A DNA stretch of 64,000 bases from an uncultured Clostridia bacterium (GCA_944337235.1 CALVLK010000003.1:1289-65288), one strand, 5' to 3'; shown: positions 50,175 to 62,600, numbered from the stretch's first letter. A program made the numbers and translations. The notes: a model not told the origin generated them from the letters alone.

Positions 50175-50177
50175 ATG

Positions 50178-51359
50178 CTACCTCCTCATCTTGGGATCGA
50201 GTGCGTCGCGCAGGCCGTCACCCAGGAAGTTGAACCCGAGCACGGCAAGGATGATGCAGATTCCGGGCGGTACCCATACGTTGGGGTTATTGCTCAAGAC
50301 TGCCGTATCCTCCGTGACGATGTTGATCATCGTACCCCAGGAAGCATTGGGCGCCTTGACGCCCATGTTCAGGTAGGAGAGCGAGGATTCATACAGGATC
50401 ATGCTGCCCAACGAAAGCGTCATCGACACGATGAGCTGCGGGAGGACGTTTGGCACAAGATGCTTGAAGATCTTGCGGGGCGCGGAGAAGCCCATCGCCT
50501 CCGCCGCGACCATGTATTCCTGTTCGCGTAGCGACAAAATCTGCCCGCGCACGAGCCGCGCCGTACCGCCCCAGCTGATAAGCGTGAGGAAGAGCATCAG
50601 ATAGTATATTCGGACGTCGCCGTCTACCCGCGCGGCGTCGAAAATGGAGCCGACGATGAGCAGAATGGGCATGCCGGGGATACACATGAGAATATCGCAG
50701 ATTCTCATGATGATATTGTCGATCTTTCCGCCGAAATAGCCCGCGATCCCGCCGAAGACGATGCCGATGAAGGCGATGATGAACACCGTGAGAAGGCTGA
50801 CCGACAGCGACACCCTGCCGCCGTACATCAGGCGGACAAAGATGTCCATGCCGCTCTTATCCGTGCCGAAGAGGTGGCTGCCGCTCGGCGCTGCGAGGGC
50901 GTTGAGCCCCCTCTCCTGCTCGGCGACCTGATACACGGTGATGGTCTCGCCGCTCTCGGTGACGACCTCGAAGGTGCGGATGCTGTAATCGAGATAGGGG
51001 GTATAGTCGACCGCCGTCTCGAGCGTCTGATTTGAGCTGTCTGCCCATTCGGAACCATAGCCCACCCAGTCGCAGATGACGGGGCCGAGCCAGGAGAACA
51101 GAATGAGCGCGGCGATCATGACAAGCCCTATGATGCTCAGCTTGGAACGGAAGAAACGGCGCAGCACCATTCTTCCGGGGGACATCAGGCGGACATTTTT
51201 ATCGAGGGGCGTCTCAGAATCCTCGTGCGAGGGATGTTCGGGCTGCCCGCCCTCGAGCCATTCCTCTTCCGCCTTCTGCATGACCATTGCGCTCTCCTCC
51301 GTGACTTGCTCGGGGGATCCCGCCTCGGGGAGCATATTTTCAAGTTCTTCTCTCTCCAT
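50178..51359 (-). CDS. oppC: Oligopeptide ABC transporter permease (OppC-type) with N-terminal extension
   Basis: 393 aa with BPD-transporter inner-membrane domain (EAMGFSAPRKIFKHLVPN). Confidence 0.9.
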   Translation of the reverse strand: MEREELENMLPEAGSPEQVTEESAMVMQKAEEEWLEGGQPEHPSHEDSETPLDKNVRLMSPGRMVLRRFFRSKLSIIGLVMIAALILFSWLGPVICDWVGYGSEWADSSNQTLETAVDYTPYLDYSIRTFEVVTESGETITVYQVAEQERGLNALAAPSGSHLFGTDKSGMDIFVRLMYGGRVSLSVSLLTVFIIAFIGIVFGGIAGYFGGKIDNIIMRICDILMCIPGMPILLIVGSIFDAARVDGDVRIYYLMLFLTLISWGGTARLVRGQILSLREQEYMVAAEAMGFSAPRKIFKHLVPNVLPQLIVSMTLSLGSMILYESSLSYLNMGVKAPNASWGTMINIVTEDTAVLSNNPNVWVPPGICIILAVLGFNFLGDGLRDALDPKMRR

Positions 51360-51373
51360 AAGATCTTCTCCTC

Positions 51374-52354
51374 TTAAGCAAGTTTTACGCGCGGATCGAC
51401 GATGACATACATCAGATCAGACAGCAGCACGCCGATGACGCTCAGAAGCGCAAGGAACATATTATAGCCCATGATGGCGGGGATATCCGCAGCCATCGTT
51501 GCCGTGAGCGCCCAGTTTCCGATGCCCGGCAGGTCGAACACCTGCTCGGTGAGCATGGCGCCCGAGAAGAGCGAGGGCAACACGCCTGCAAACATAGTGA
51601 CAATGGGGATCATCGTGTTGCGGAAGGCATGTTTGTAGATGACCGTACGCTCCTTCAGGCCCTTGGCGCGCGCCGTGCGGATGTAGTCCGAATTCAGGAC
51701 CTCGAGCATGTTGGTGCGCATATAGCGCATGATCCCGCCGATGTTGAGCAAGATGAGCACCAGAAGCGGCAGCGTAATATGCCAAAGCATATCGATGAAC
51801 TCGGGCATCGAACTGTTGACGTCGTGCAGACCGGAGGAAGGGAACCACCCCAGATTCAGCGAGAAGATGCTCTGCAGCACTCTGCCGAAGAAGAAGGAGG
51901 GCATGGAAAGGCCGATGACGACGAGCACCGTTACGACATAGTCGCGAATGGAATACTGATGCGTCGCAGCCGTCACCCCGAGCGGGATCGCGATCATGTA
52001 TTCGAAGATGATCGCAATAAACGCAATGATAAACGACGTCTGCATATGATCGGCAATCTCCTGCAGCACGGGGACGTTCGTCTGGAAGCTCACGCCGAGG
52101 TCAAAGCGGCAGAGCGACCAGAGCCACCTTCCGTACCCCTGCAAAATACCGAGGAAGGAATTGTCTCCCAGTCCGTATTGGCGGTACATGTTCTCAATGA
52201 GTGCAGAGTCCACCGTTCCATTGGCGCTCATCTCTGCGATCTTCTGTTCGACGTAGTCAAAGGGCATACAGCGAACGAGGACATAGATGATGAGCGATAC
52301 GCCGAGAAGGCAGATCAGCGCAAGCCCGAGTCTTTTAAGGATATATTTCAGCAT
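51374..52354 (-). CDS. oppB: Oligopeptide ABC transporter permease (OppB-type)
   Basis: 326 aa starting MLKYILKRLG, containing RTARAKGLKERTVIYKHAFRN. Confidence 0.92.
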   Translation of the reverse strand: MLKYILKRLGLALICLLGVSLIIYVLVRCMPFDYVEQKIAEMSANGTVDSALIENMYRQYGLGDNSFLGILQGYGRWLWSLCRFDLGVSFQTNVPVLQEIADHMQTSFIIAFIAIIFEYMIAIPLGVTAATHQYSIRDYVVTVLVVIGLSMPSFFFGRVLQSIFSLNLGWFPSSGLHDVNSSMPEFIDMLWHITLPLLVLILLNIGGIMRYMRTNMLEVLNSDYIRTARAKGLKERTVIYKHAFRNTMIPIVTMFAGVLPSLFSGAMLTEQVFDLPGIGNWALTATMAADIPAIMGYNMFLALLSVIGVLLSDLMYVIVDPRVKLA

Positions 52355-52388
52355 AGGCTGCTCCAGAATTTTTTCAGAAAGTTAGATC

Positions 52389-55010
52389 TCAGTCGACAAA
52401 GTCGATCTCCCAGATCCTCGAAAGCGGCGAGGTGTAGGAATTGATGGTTTCAGGGAAGGTGCTCTCATCGATGACATTCGCATTGTATGCGTACAGCGTC
52501 TGCCTCTGATAGAGCGGCATCTCCACAGCGAGGTCAAGGACAAGGCTCATTGCCTGTTCGTACAGATCGCTGCGCGTTGCGCGGTCGTTGATCTCGCGCG
52601 CATCCTCGATGAGAACGCTGAGTTCGTCGACGATATTGTACTCGTAGGAATAGGTCGCGCGGTTGCTCAGGATCTCACGATAGCCCCAGTTGAGCACGCT
52701 CGTTGCGGTGGAGTCCTTATGATAGACCTGGTACATATCGGGGTCGATGGTCGAGCCCCATGCTGCCGCCCACACGGTGAGCGAGCCGCTTGCCAGCTTG
52801 ACGAGGGCGTTGGTATCTGCCTGGACGGTGATGTCCCATCCGCACTCATTCAGAAGCTGCATCGCGCCGATGAAGGTGTTGTATGCGGGGTGCTCGGTCA
52901 TACTCGATCCTGCAATGGTGAAGGTGAGCGTGAGCTGCGAATCGCCTGCCGAGACCTGCGCCTGTGCCATATAGTCCAGAATCTTGGTGCGCGCGGCCTC
53001 TCTCGTCGTATAGAGCAGGTAATCTTTACCGTTGTTGTTGTCCATGTTGGCGACGGGGTTGGAGGCATCGTAGCCGGCAGCCGTGCGGGGATAAGCCCAG
53101 CTCACCGCCGACATGGGCCAGCCGATGTTCACCGCAGTACCTGCGTCGTAATACTGCAGCGCAAGGGAGGTATCCATTGCCGCCATGATCGCCATTCTCA
53201 GATAGCGGTTGGGCACAAAGCGCGCGTTGACGCCGATGTAACCGTAGCCGAGCTGCCAGGTCGCAACGGAGCGGATGCCCTCGCTTGCATACTGCGTGAT
53301 GAGCTCGGAGTTCTCTCTCGTGAACTGCGGTTCGACGAAGTGAACCTGACCGCTGCGCAGGTTGCCGAGCGCGTTGGAGGAGCTGACGACCTGATAGCAG
53401 AAGTACTGAATCTTGGGTGCGCCCATCAGGAAGTGCTCGTTCGCCTTGTAGTAGACGATGTTATCGAAGAAGAAGCCGTTCGCCGTGGGGTTGTCGCCGT
53501 GGTCCGCATCGGAGGCGGCGTAGGGACCTGCGCCCATCGGGAGCCTGTTCTTCTCGACGCCGTTGTCGTTCGTGCCCTGCAGCACGTTGGACATGAAGTC
53601 GAAGGAACCCCACTCCACGCCGAACTGATCGTTTGCGATGTCGATGGGATATTCATCGGGATCGGAATAGTAGTGATAGGGCGCCACGGTGAAGCCGAAG
53701 TTATAGACCGCCTTGGGGTCAACGCCGTTGATGGTGATGCGCAGAACGTCGTACTCGTTTTCATTGGCGGGCGTGCCGTCTGCATTGTGCTCGTGCGCGA
53801 TCTGATAGGTCGTGCCGTCGATCTCGATGCTGCCCTCTTCGGTGCTGTGCCCGAGCGAGACGATGCCGCTGATGTTCTTATAGATCAGCTCGTCTTCGCT
53901 GCCCAGCTGCTCGTGCAGGATGACATCCTTTGCGCGCGAGATATACTCGTTGAGCATGGTCGTGCCCGTCGCCCAGTAGTTGAGAATGGTGTTCAGGCTG
54001 CTGGTGGTCAGGCTCTCGTAGGCATAGTCGATCGCTGCCTCCTGCGTGGTGATGGTGTTGGGATAGTTCTTGATGACCCTGACGATCTGATTTCTGTTTG
54101 TGCCTTCGGACGTCACCTCGTATTCGAGCGTGACGAAGCCCTCGGCATACATGAAGCAGAGGATGGGATCGCTGAACGCATTGTCGGGCGCGGTGGAATA
54201 GGGTTCCTCGGTATAGGCGTCTGCGGCACCGGCATAGTCGTTCTCAAGCTCGAGGCGGAACTCCTCAAGGGTGTCGAGGTAGTCCTGCAGCAGCTGTGCG
54301 CGCGCCTCTTCCTCGTTGATATTGCCGTCGACGGCGATGGCGTTCTTATAGCCGACCGAAGTCGTCCAGTTTTCGATCGCCGCGCGCATCGCCTCTTCCG
54401 TGGCATAGTAGGAGGTACCGGTGGAGCCGCCCATTCTTCCCGTCGCCTCGAAGAGCTGCACAAGCTCGGTGCGGCGGTTGGTTGCTCTCGTCGTAGCCTC
54501 GCGCGTGAGATTCTCATCCAGCGTATCGTCCTGCGAGTTCTGCTGCGTTCTGTACTGCTGCAGACCAACGATATCGGTGGAATACATCGTGCTCGAGCCC
54601 GAATAGGTGGGATCAAGGTAGACGTACATATTGAAGAGCACGTCGTTCATCGTGAGCGGGGTGCCGTCCGAGAACTGGATCCCGTTCTTGAGCACGAAAT
54701 AATAATTTGTATTTCCGCCCACTTCTTCGTACTTGTAGTCGAGGGTGACGACAGCTTCGTCGTTGCCCCATGCGGGGTTGCCCTCTTCGTCTGTTCCAAG
54801 CATACTGATCTGCGTCATGCCGACAACGTCCATATCCGTTCCCGCTGTCGAAAAGAAGGGATTGAACAGTCCGTTCAAAGCCTCGGTCATGACGACGAGT
54901 GCGCGGTCCCCGGTGTTATCGGTACAGCCGGCAAAAACCGCAAGCGTTCCCATGCACATCACTGCGCCGAGCGTGAGGGATACCGCCTTCATAGCCTTAT
55001 TCTTTTTCAT
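52389..55010 (-). CDS. oppA: Oversized family-5 solute-binding lipoprotein (OppA-type)
   Basis: ATG at 55010 follows a GGAGG RBS. Lipobox VFAGC. SBP_bac_5-like N-lobe (FVLKNGIQFSDGTPLTMNDV). About 873 aa. Confidence 0.85.
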   Translation of the reverse strand: MKKNKAMKAVSLTLGAVMCMGTLAVFAGCTDNTGDRALVVMTEALNGLFNPFFSTAGTDMDVVGMTQISMLGTDEEGNPAWGNDEAVVTLDYKYEEVGGNTNYYFVLKNGIQFSDGTPLTMNDVLFNMYVYLDPTYSGSSTMYSTDIVGLQQYRTQQNSQDDTLDENLTREATTRATNRRTELVQLFEATGRMGGSTGTSYYATEEAMRAAIENWTTSVGYKNAIAVDGNINEEEARAQLLQDYLDTLEEFRLELENDYAGAADAYTEEPYSTAPDNAFSDPILCFMYAEGFVTLEYEVTSEGTNRNQIVRVIKNYPNTITTQEAAIDYAYESLTTSSLNTILNYWATGTTMLNEYISRAKDVILHEQLGSEDELIYKNISGIVSLGHSTEEGSIEIDGTTYQIAHEHNADGTPANENEYDVLRITINGVDPKAVYNFGFTVAPYHYYSDPDEYPIDIANDQFGVEWGSFDFMSNVLQGTNDNGVEKNRLPMGAGPYAASDADHGDNPTANGFFFDNIVYYKANEHFLMGAPKIQYFCYQVVSSSNALGNLRSGQVHFVEPQFTRENSELITQYASEGIRSVATWQLGYGYIGVNARFVPNRYLRMAIMAAMDTSLALQYYDAGTAVNIGWPMSAVSWAYPRTAAGYDASNPVANMDNNNGKDYLLYTTREAARTKILDYMAQAQVSAGDSQLTLTFTIAGSSMTEHPAYNTFIGAMQLLNECGWDITVQADTNALVKLASGSLTVWAAAWGSTIDPDMYQVYHKDSTATSVLNWGYREILSNRATYSYEYNIVDELSVLIEDAREINDRATRSDLYEQAMSLVLDLAVEMPLYQRQTLYAYNANVIDESTFPETINSYTSPLSRIWEIDFVD

Positions 55011-55043
55011 TGTATGTCCTCCGTTATTGTTTCCCATTTATGA

Positions 55044-56579
55044 TCAAGCCTCGCCCGCTGCGGAGATGTAGGTGATCTCCGGCTTGACGCTCTGATCTTC
55101 GCTGTTGTTGGGCCCGATCGTGATGACGCCCGTATTCGTATTGACCGTAACCGTGCAGGTGTAGCGCGTTGTGCTGCCCGACTGCGCCGGCTCGAGGTCG
55201 ACGGCGATATCGTATTCGATGCCCGCCGTATTGTTGTTGCCCGTAAGCAGACCGACCGAATAGCCCTCATAGGTCGGGCTGGTGGTGCCGTCGGGATTGC
55301 GCACGGTAAGCGGATATACGTCGCCGATGACAAACACGCCGCTCACAGAGACATTCTTGATCGTGGCGTTCGCGTTCAGATAGCCTGCAAAGAGGCCGAA
55401 GTACGCGCCCTGCGTGCGCGAGCCCGCAGCCATCGTAAAGCTGACGTTTTCAAACGTGATGTCGGTGATGGACGCGCTCTCGTTGATCCTGCCGAACAGC
55501 CCGCCGAAGGCGACGCTGTTGTTCGTCTGCCTTGCGGTGATGTTGGAGATCGTGTGGCCGTTGCCCTCGATGACGCCCGAGAAATCACCCGTGAAGCCCC
55601 AGGTCAGCCCCTCGAAGTCGAGATCGGCATAGATCTCGTAGCACCCGTTGGAACGGGAGGCATTCGCAAACTGCTGTGCGGTATGGATATGATACCAGAT
55701 GCCGCTGCGCAATTCCGCATAGAAGGGCGTGACCACATTGGTCGCGATGCCGTGTTCCAGATCGACCTCGCCGCGATGCGCAATGGAGCCCTCGCACAGC
55801 TGCGTCTTTCCGGGGTCGGCATACAGCGCCTCGAGCGTGGTATCCGTCGCACGGGGAAAGCTGCCATAGAGCATTCCGCCCGTCGCGTCGGGGTTCTCCT
55901 CGCTCCAATCGTCCCAGACGGGAAGCGCAAGCGTATCGAATTCCTCGACCGTGGGATCGTAGGTCAGAGAGCTGCTCTCGACCCAGTTCCCGTTCGCGTC
56001 CTCGGCATAGATCTGATAGACGAAGTTGGGGATCCACGCCGCATAGAGTATGAGCGCGTAACCGTCCTCCTCGTAGGAATAATCCTCTGCGACGGTAAAG
56101 ACATCCTCTTCAAAATTCCACCTGCCCGAATACATATAGCCGGGGGCAAGCCCTGCCTCGGACTCCCAGATCTCGGTGACGGTGCCGTCCTCAGCGGTCT
56201 CGGTGCCGACGAGCGAACAGACATTGCCGTATTCGTCGAGCGGGGTCCCCGCCTCGTCCGTGCGCATCGTGCGCTCGGTGTACCACCCCGCCAGGAAGTA
56301 CCCCGCGCGGGAGATATCGGAGACGGCGGCAACCTGCGAACCGCGGTCGTCAGAGCCGGGCTCGACAAGCTTGATGCCCTCGCGTGCGGCGTCCAGCGGG
56401 TAGACGTCGACGATGTCGACGCCCTCCTGGCTGGCAAAGATGCCGCCGTTGGAATCGAAGCGGACGGGCGCACCGGTCAGATACTCCTCCGGAACGGTGC
56501 TGGAGGTGCATGCGCCGAGCACAAGGCACCCCGCGCATGCCGCAGCCAGCCCGATGATCACAAGTGTTTTCCTTTTCAT
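55044..56579 (-). CDS. Surface lipoprotein with Listeria-Bacteroides (flg_new) repeat and GLUG-like motifs
   Basis: Lipobox LGAC. VRFDSNGGIF...AGYFLAGWYTE resembles a flg_new repeat. GGLFGRINESASI, FGLFAGYLN and VGLLTGNNN resemble GLUG motifs. Confidence 0.75.
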   Translation of the reverse strand: MKRKTLVIIGLAAACAGCLVLGACTSSTVPEEYLTGAPVRFDSNGGIFASQEGVDIVDVYPLDAAREGIKLVEPGSDDRGSQVAAVSDISRAGYFLAGWYTERTMRTDEAGTPLDEYGNVCSLVGTETAEDGTVTEIWESEAGLAPGYMYSGRWNFEEDVFTVAEDYSYEEDGYALILYAAWIPNFVYQIYAEDANGNWVESSSLTYDPTVEEFDTLALPVWDDWSEENPDATGGMLYGSFPRATDTTLEALYADPGKTQLCEGSIAHRGEVDLEHGIATNVVTPFYAELRSGIWYHIHTAQQFANASRSNGCYEIYADLDFEGLTWGFTGDFSGVIEGNGHTISNITARQTNNSVAFGGLFGRINESASITDITFENVSFTMAAGSRTQGAYFGLFAGYLNANATIKNVSVSGVFVIGDVYPLTVRNPDGTTSPTYEGYSVGLLTGNNNTAGIEYDIAVDLEPAQSGSTTRYTCTVTVNTNTGVITIGPNNSEDQSVKPEITYISAAGEA

Positions 56580-56608
56580 ACGTTCTCCAAAGTTACGTCC
56601 TGCGACGA

Positions 56609-59600
56609 TTAGTCCTGAGATTCGCTGTCGTTATTCCCATCGTTGCCGCCTTCGTCGCCGGCCTCTGCCTGCGCAGCCTTCTTGCGGTCGACAAGCTTAA
56701 TTGCAACGATCCCCGCGCCAAGCACAACGATGACGCCTGCGAGCACGCCGATCGCAATCCAGAGGCCCACGGTGTTCACCGTGCCGTCCCCGTCCCCGGG
56801 CTCGGGTTCAGGGTCCACGCCGGGATCCTGCGACTGCTGATTCTGCAGGTACTCGAGCTGCGCTTCGGCAGAGGTGAGCCGTGCAAGGTAGTTGGTGCCG
56901 TCGTACGCGCCTGCGACAAGCGCCTGCTGTTCTACGGCGAGCGCATTGTATGCCGCACGGGCGCTGACGATCAGCGACTCATGCTCAAGAGAGATGATGG
57001 TGGGGATCTGCATGATCGTATCGATCACGGACAGCGTCGTATCGGTGATGGCGGTCATGCCGTCGATGACAACGTCGAAATACTGCCCGTAGATAAAGGT
57101 ATCGTAACCCGTGCCGTTGTTTGGACGAACCATGATGAGCGTGTGATCCTTGAGCGTCTCCTCCCCGATGAGATCGATGAAGTTTGCACCGTAGAAATAG
57201 TTGGTGTAGTTGCTGCTCCAGTTCCACATGTTGAATGCGATGATCCCAAGCCCGGGCACGGTGACCCCGCCAGTCAGCTCGACATTCCCCGTGAAGGGAG
57301 CGCGATTGTACAGGTTGAGCACGCCGTTCTCTCCCATCTCGTTGAGATATGCCTCGTCGTACTGCTCTTCAAGGACGGGCGCCTCCATGCTGCGGAACTC
57401 GATGACGGAGAGCTGAGAGCAGCCATAGAATGCTCTGTCGCCGATCGCCGCGACATCGCGCACGAGGCTGACGGAGATGAGACTGCTGTTGTAGAAGGCA
57501 CGCGCGCCGATACGGATGGTGCCCTCCTCTACCTCATATGTGGTCGCCGCGGACGCGATCGGGTAGGTGATGACCTCGAGCCCGCCGTTTGCAGCGACGC
57601 GGTAGAGCACGCCCTCGATGACGCGCACATTTGCGCTGATGTCGTAGGTCGATGCGCCGTCGCGCTCGAACGCGTCAAGCGCACAGCCGGCGAAGGGATT
57701 CTCGCCGAGATCGGTCAGCGCATCCGAAAGCGTGATCTCGGTCAGGGCGGAATCGGCGAAGGCAAAGTCACCCAGCGATACCGCTGCGCTCAGATCGGCA
57801 GAGGTGAGCGCCGTTTCGGCAAAGGCACGGGCGCCGATCTCTTCGATTGTGTTGAGGTTCGCGACCGAGGAAAGCTCCTCGTTGCGGTAGAAGGCATAGT
57901 CGCCCACCGTTGCGCCCTCGGCAAGCGTTACGCTTGCAAGCGCCGCATCGTAGAAGGCATAGGCGCCGATGGAGGATATTCCGCTCAGGTCAGTCTGCGT
58001 CAGCTGCGTTGCGCCGTAGAAGGCATAGTCGCCGACCGTGGTGGTGCCGCCCAGCGTGACGGAGGTGAGTGCGGTGCATTCATAGAATGCGTTGTCCCCC
58101 ACCGTAACCGCGTTCTCGCCCAGCGTGACGGAGGTGAGCGGCGTGTAGGCGAATGCGCCAAGTCCGATCTCGGACGCGTTACTTAAGTTCGCCTGCGTCA
58201 GGCGGGTGCTGTACATATTGTCGCCCTCTGCATAATAGGTCCAGCCATATGCCGAGGAGTAGGGCATCGTCGCAGCGCCGTTGGTATTGACTGTAGTGTA
58301 ATAGATGACCGAGCCCTCGCCCGAGAAGGCAAGATCGCCAACCGAGGTGACCCCCGAAAGATCGATATTGCTCAGTGCGGCGCAGTTATAGAAGGCGTAG
58401 TCGCCGATCGCGATATTGCTGCCCAGCGTGACGCTGGTGAGCGAGGCCGATCCGCGGAATGCGCTTGCCCCGATCGTGACATTGTCGCCGATCGTGAGCG
58501 AACGAAGCGAACTTGCATACTGCGTGCTGAAGGTGTAGAAATATCTGCCGCTCATCGTTCCGGCGTAAGTGCCGAGGTAGGCGCTTGCAGGCATGAATGC
58601 GCCCGCTTCCAGCGTTGCCCCGTCCTCTACCGTGACGCTCAGAAGGTTGCTGCATCCGCCGAAGGCGAGCGTTCCCACCGTGATGTTCGCGGGAATGGTT
58701 GCGCTCGTGAGCATCGTGTATGCAAACGCATAGTCGCCGATGGCGGTGAGCTCGTCAGAGAAGGTGGGCAGACGGGTGATCGCCGTATTCATGAAGGCGT
58801 AGTCGCCCACTTCGGTCAATGCGCCCAGCGTGACGCTGCGCAGCGAGGTGCACCCTGCAAACGCGTATGCGTCGACTTCTGTCACATTGGGAAGCGTCAC
58901 CGTTGTGATGTTCGTGTTGCCCGCAAGCACGCCCTCGCCGATCTGCGTGATCGTTGTGCTGATGAGCGTCGTTGCGGTGGGCGCAACCAGGACGAGCGTA
59001 CCGTCGGTAGAGAGGATATACGCACCGTTGTTGTCCGTCCGGAACGTCTCATTCTCCGGGTCGATCGTGAACGAGGAGACGGAGGTCTCGGCAAACGCAT
59101 ACTGGCCGATGACGGATACGTCGGGACCGAGCGCGATCGAGCCATTCCTGCCAAGCGCCGTACAGCCGGCGAAAACGCCGGAGGGCACGACGGAAGCGTT
59201 GATCGAGGCGGAAGTCAGATTGCTGCAGTAGGCGAATGCCTCGGTGCCGAGTTTGACAAGTTCCGCATTGATCGTAAGCGTGCGCAGGTTTTCGCATGCA
59301 TAGAAGGCAGCTGCGCCGATGGACTGTGCCGTCGCGGGAAGCGTGACGGAGATGAGTCCGGTATAGGCGAATGCGTCGTCGCCGATCGCTACCATTCTGG
59401 AGCCGAACGAGAAGTTCTCGAGGCTGGTGCAGCCGTAGAATGCGTCGTTGTTGATGAATTGCAGGTTATTCGGACCCGCTACAAGATTGTTGTTTGCGTC
59501 GTAGGTGCCGAAGCTGACCGTTCTGAGCGAGGTGCAGCCCTCGAAGGCGCCGTTCTGGATCTTGGTCAGCGTGGAGGGAAGCACGACCTCTTCCAGCGCG

Positions 59601-62600
59601 GTGAGGTTGGCAAAGGCATAGGCGCCGATAACCTCCACCCCCTCGGGAATGACGACCTTGGTGATCGTATTGTCGCCGATGGGCACAGGCTTGGTGTAGA
59701 GCGGATCTTCCTCGCTGATCTCGTCGTTTTCGTCCTTTGCGACATACTGATAGCCGGAGAAGGCATACTGATAGATCTCAGTGACGCGCAAGTCGTCCGG
59801 AATGATCACTTCGCCGCCCAACCCTCTGTAATTCATGAGGTAGATGGAGTTGGTCGTATAGGGATCTTTGACCGTAACGCTGACGGTATTGGAATACAGC
59901 GTTGCGCGGTATCCCCCTGCTCCGCCGTTGGCGGTGGGATCCCACATCATCACGCGCACGGAGATGGTCGTATTGCCCTCTGCCTGTGCGATGACGGTGC
60001 CGTCCTCGTCGACGGTGACAATGTTCGGGTTGTTGCTCGTGAAATCCACGATGGTATCATCGGGGAAGTATGCGTACAGCCGATACTGCAGCGTGACCGA
60101 TTCGGAGGGGAACATGGAGAGCGAATAGCTGCTCGTCGTAAAGTCGACCGTAACCCCCGCCTGCGTTGCGCCGAGATCACGCTCGTCGCTCGAGAGCATA
60201 TAGAACACCTTGTTGACCTCGTACCCCGTCAGGACGAAGGACTCGGCAACGGGCTGGGAATAGCCCTGCTCGTTGGGCCCGACCGTCACCTTCAGCGTGG
60301 CGGAGATGTCGGGATCGGAGTTTGCGGTGGCGGTGATGTACGCCTCGCCCTCCGAAACGCCGATCAGTCTGCCGTTGACAACGCGCACGACGGATTCGTC
60401 GGAGGAGGTGTAGTTGAGGGTCGCGATCCAGCTACCGCTCGGGGTCACGCTGACGATATCAGTCATGGTGACCGTCTCGTACTGGCCGATGGTGAGCTCT
60501 TCGGTGGGCTCTTTCGTCGTGCTGTCGACAAACTGGATGCCGAGCACGCTGTCGGGAATGTTCAGTTCGTACGTCGCCGTGTTCTGTGCATAGTCGTAGA
60601 CCTGAAGAATATAGCTGTTCCCGTTGTACGACTGCTTGATCTGATCCATGTAGTCGGTCAGTTCCACGGTGAGCACGGTCGTCGAGTTGCGTTCGGAATA
60701 GAGTGCGTTGACGTATCTGCCGAAGGAAGCAAGCGAATAGGTGTACTCGCTGCCGGGCTCGTTCTCGTAGATATAGCCGATGACCGCGCCCTGCGAATAG
60801 TGGTTATCGTAGATGGAGAGATCGGCATACAGTCTGTATGTGTTGGTATCCCTCACATATTCCGTGCGGTATTCCACGCCCGTAAGGATGGGCGCCTGGA
60901 AGTCCGTGACGAAGGGGAAGCTGAAGGTATTGCGCTTGTTCGTCGAGAGTCCGCCGTCCTCGCCGTAATCGAGATAACCGGTCAAGGTCACCATATATTC
61001 GGTGTTGTTCTTCAGGTCGTACTCGTCGACATAGAAGTCCACATCGATGCTGGAGGGATAGATGGTACTGCCGCCGCCCGCATTCGACTTGCGCTGATTG
61101 TAGATCTCCTGCTCGTAGATAACCTCGCCCGTCACCTGATCGGTGATGGTGAGCGTCATGCGCTTGGCGCCGCGCAGCATACCGGCATAGATGGTGCTGA
61201 TGGAGTTGACCGTTCCGCTGCTGTCGCCCGTCCTCTGATTGGAGAGCGCGATGTGGTTCCTGTCCGCATTGATGGTCGTGGCGTTGGGATCCTGCAGGAA
61301 GGCATAGGAGCCGAGGTAGACGATATAGTCGTTGTAAAGGCCGCCGATGGGACGCGATGCGTAGGCGTCGGGCAGCGTCTTTTCCTCCAACGGGATGGTG
61401 TCGTCGTTTTCGTCTCTGTCCGTCTCGAAATAGTCGAGGTCGAAGAGAGGCGCCTGCGTCCAATCGCCGTAGAAGCCGAGATAGGCCACGCGCAGATCGA
61501 TGTCTGTGCCCGAAGCGGCGTCGAGGGTGATGAAGCCTTCGACATACATGCCGTTTTCAAAGGAGCTGTCAAGATATGCCTTATCTTCATCGCTGAGCGT
61601 GATGGTGACGGAGAATCTCGCCGTCTGGTTGCCCGCAACGCTGATGGTGTTGCCGCTGACCGATCCGCCCGAAACGCTGGACACGCTCACGCTTGCCCCG
61701 CTGAGCAGATAGCCCTCTTCGGTGACGACGGTAAGTCCTCTTGCCGTGAGCGTATCGCTGACGCCCTCCGTCATGACGATCGCGCCGACGTCGTAGCTGA
61801 GCGCGCTGCCGCTGATATTGACGACCTCGAACTCCATCGTGTAGACACCCGTCTTATCCCGGTCATCGCCGATCTCGAGTTTGGTCTTACCCATGAGCTC
61901 GCCGTCCCGGTCGTAGGTACGCACATAGGCAGGCGTAGAGGTTGCCTTTTCGAGATTGGCAAGGCCTGCGCCCTGCTTGCGCACGGAGTAGGCAAGATTG
62001 TTCTGATTATAGACGATATCCGTCGTGGACATCATGATCTGATAGACGCGGTCGGTCACTTCGGCGTCCGTCAGGTTTTCGCCGGCAAAGCGCTCCTTGA
62101 CATATTGGCGGATGAGCGCCGTAACGCCCGCCTGGTTGGGCGCCGCCATCGAAGTGCCGGACATACTGTCGTAGCTGCCGCCAGGGACTGCGGAGGTGAT
62201 GTTTCCGCCGTGCGCCGTGATCTCGGGCTTGATCCTGAGATCGGGCGTAGGGCCCCAGGAGGAGAAGTTGGACATGAAAGGCCCCGCCTGGTTCTGCGTG
62301 CTGATCGTGATCGTGCCGCTGCCCGAAGCCTCATAAGCGGCGACAAGCGCCTCGCCGTCGTCCTGAGAGATGGAGCAGACGGGATAGTCGCCCACGGCGC
62401 CGACGCTCATGGAGATGTCGCCGGAGACGTTGTTGAAGATAATACAGGCAGCCGCACCGCGTTCGCGTGCGATGCGCGCCTTGTCCTCGAAGTTGGTGGA
62501 GCCGCGGCGCACAAGGGCGATCTTGCCCGCGACGTCAATCCCCGTATAGTCCGATCCGCGCCCGACGCCGGGAATGACGACATATTCGAGCGTGACGGAA

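Noticed and set aside
52719-58186. Long plus-strand ORFs (774 aa at 52719-55043, 352 aa at 55554-56612, 540 aa at 56564-58186)
   Set aside because: Antisense shadows of oppA, the lipoprotein gene and the giant protease gene.
57400-59660. Regular DNA periodicity with recurring gtagaaggcatagtcgcc-like strings, possibly a CRISPR or tandem repeat
   Set aside because: The recurring strings are the antisense of the LRR consensus (..DYAFY..) inside one continuous ORF. Spacing is that of protein repeats (about 66-75 nt), copies are divergent, and there are no cas genes.
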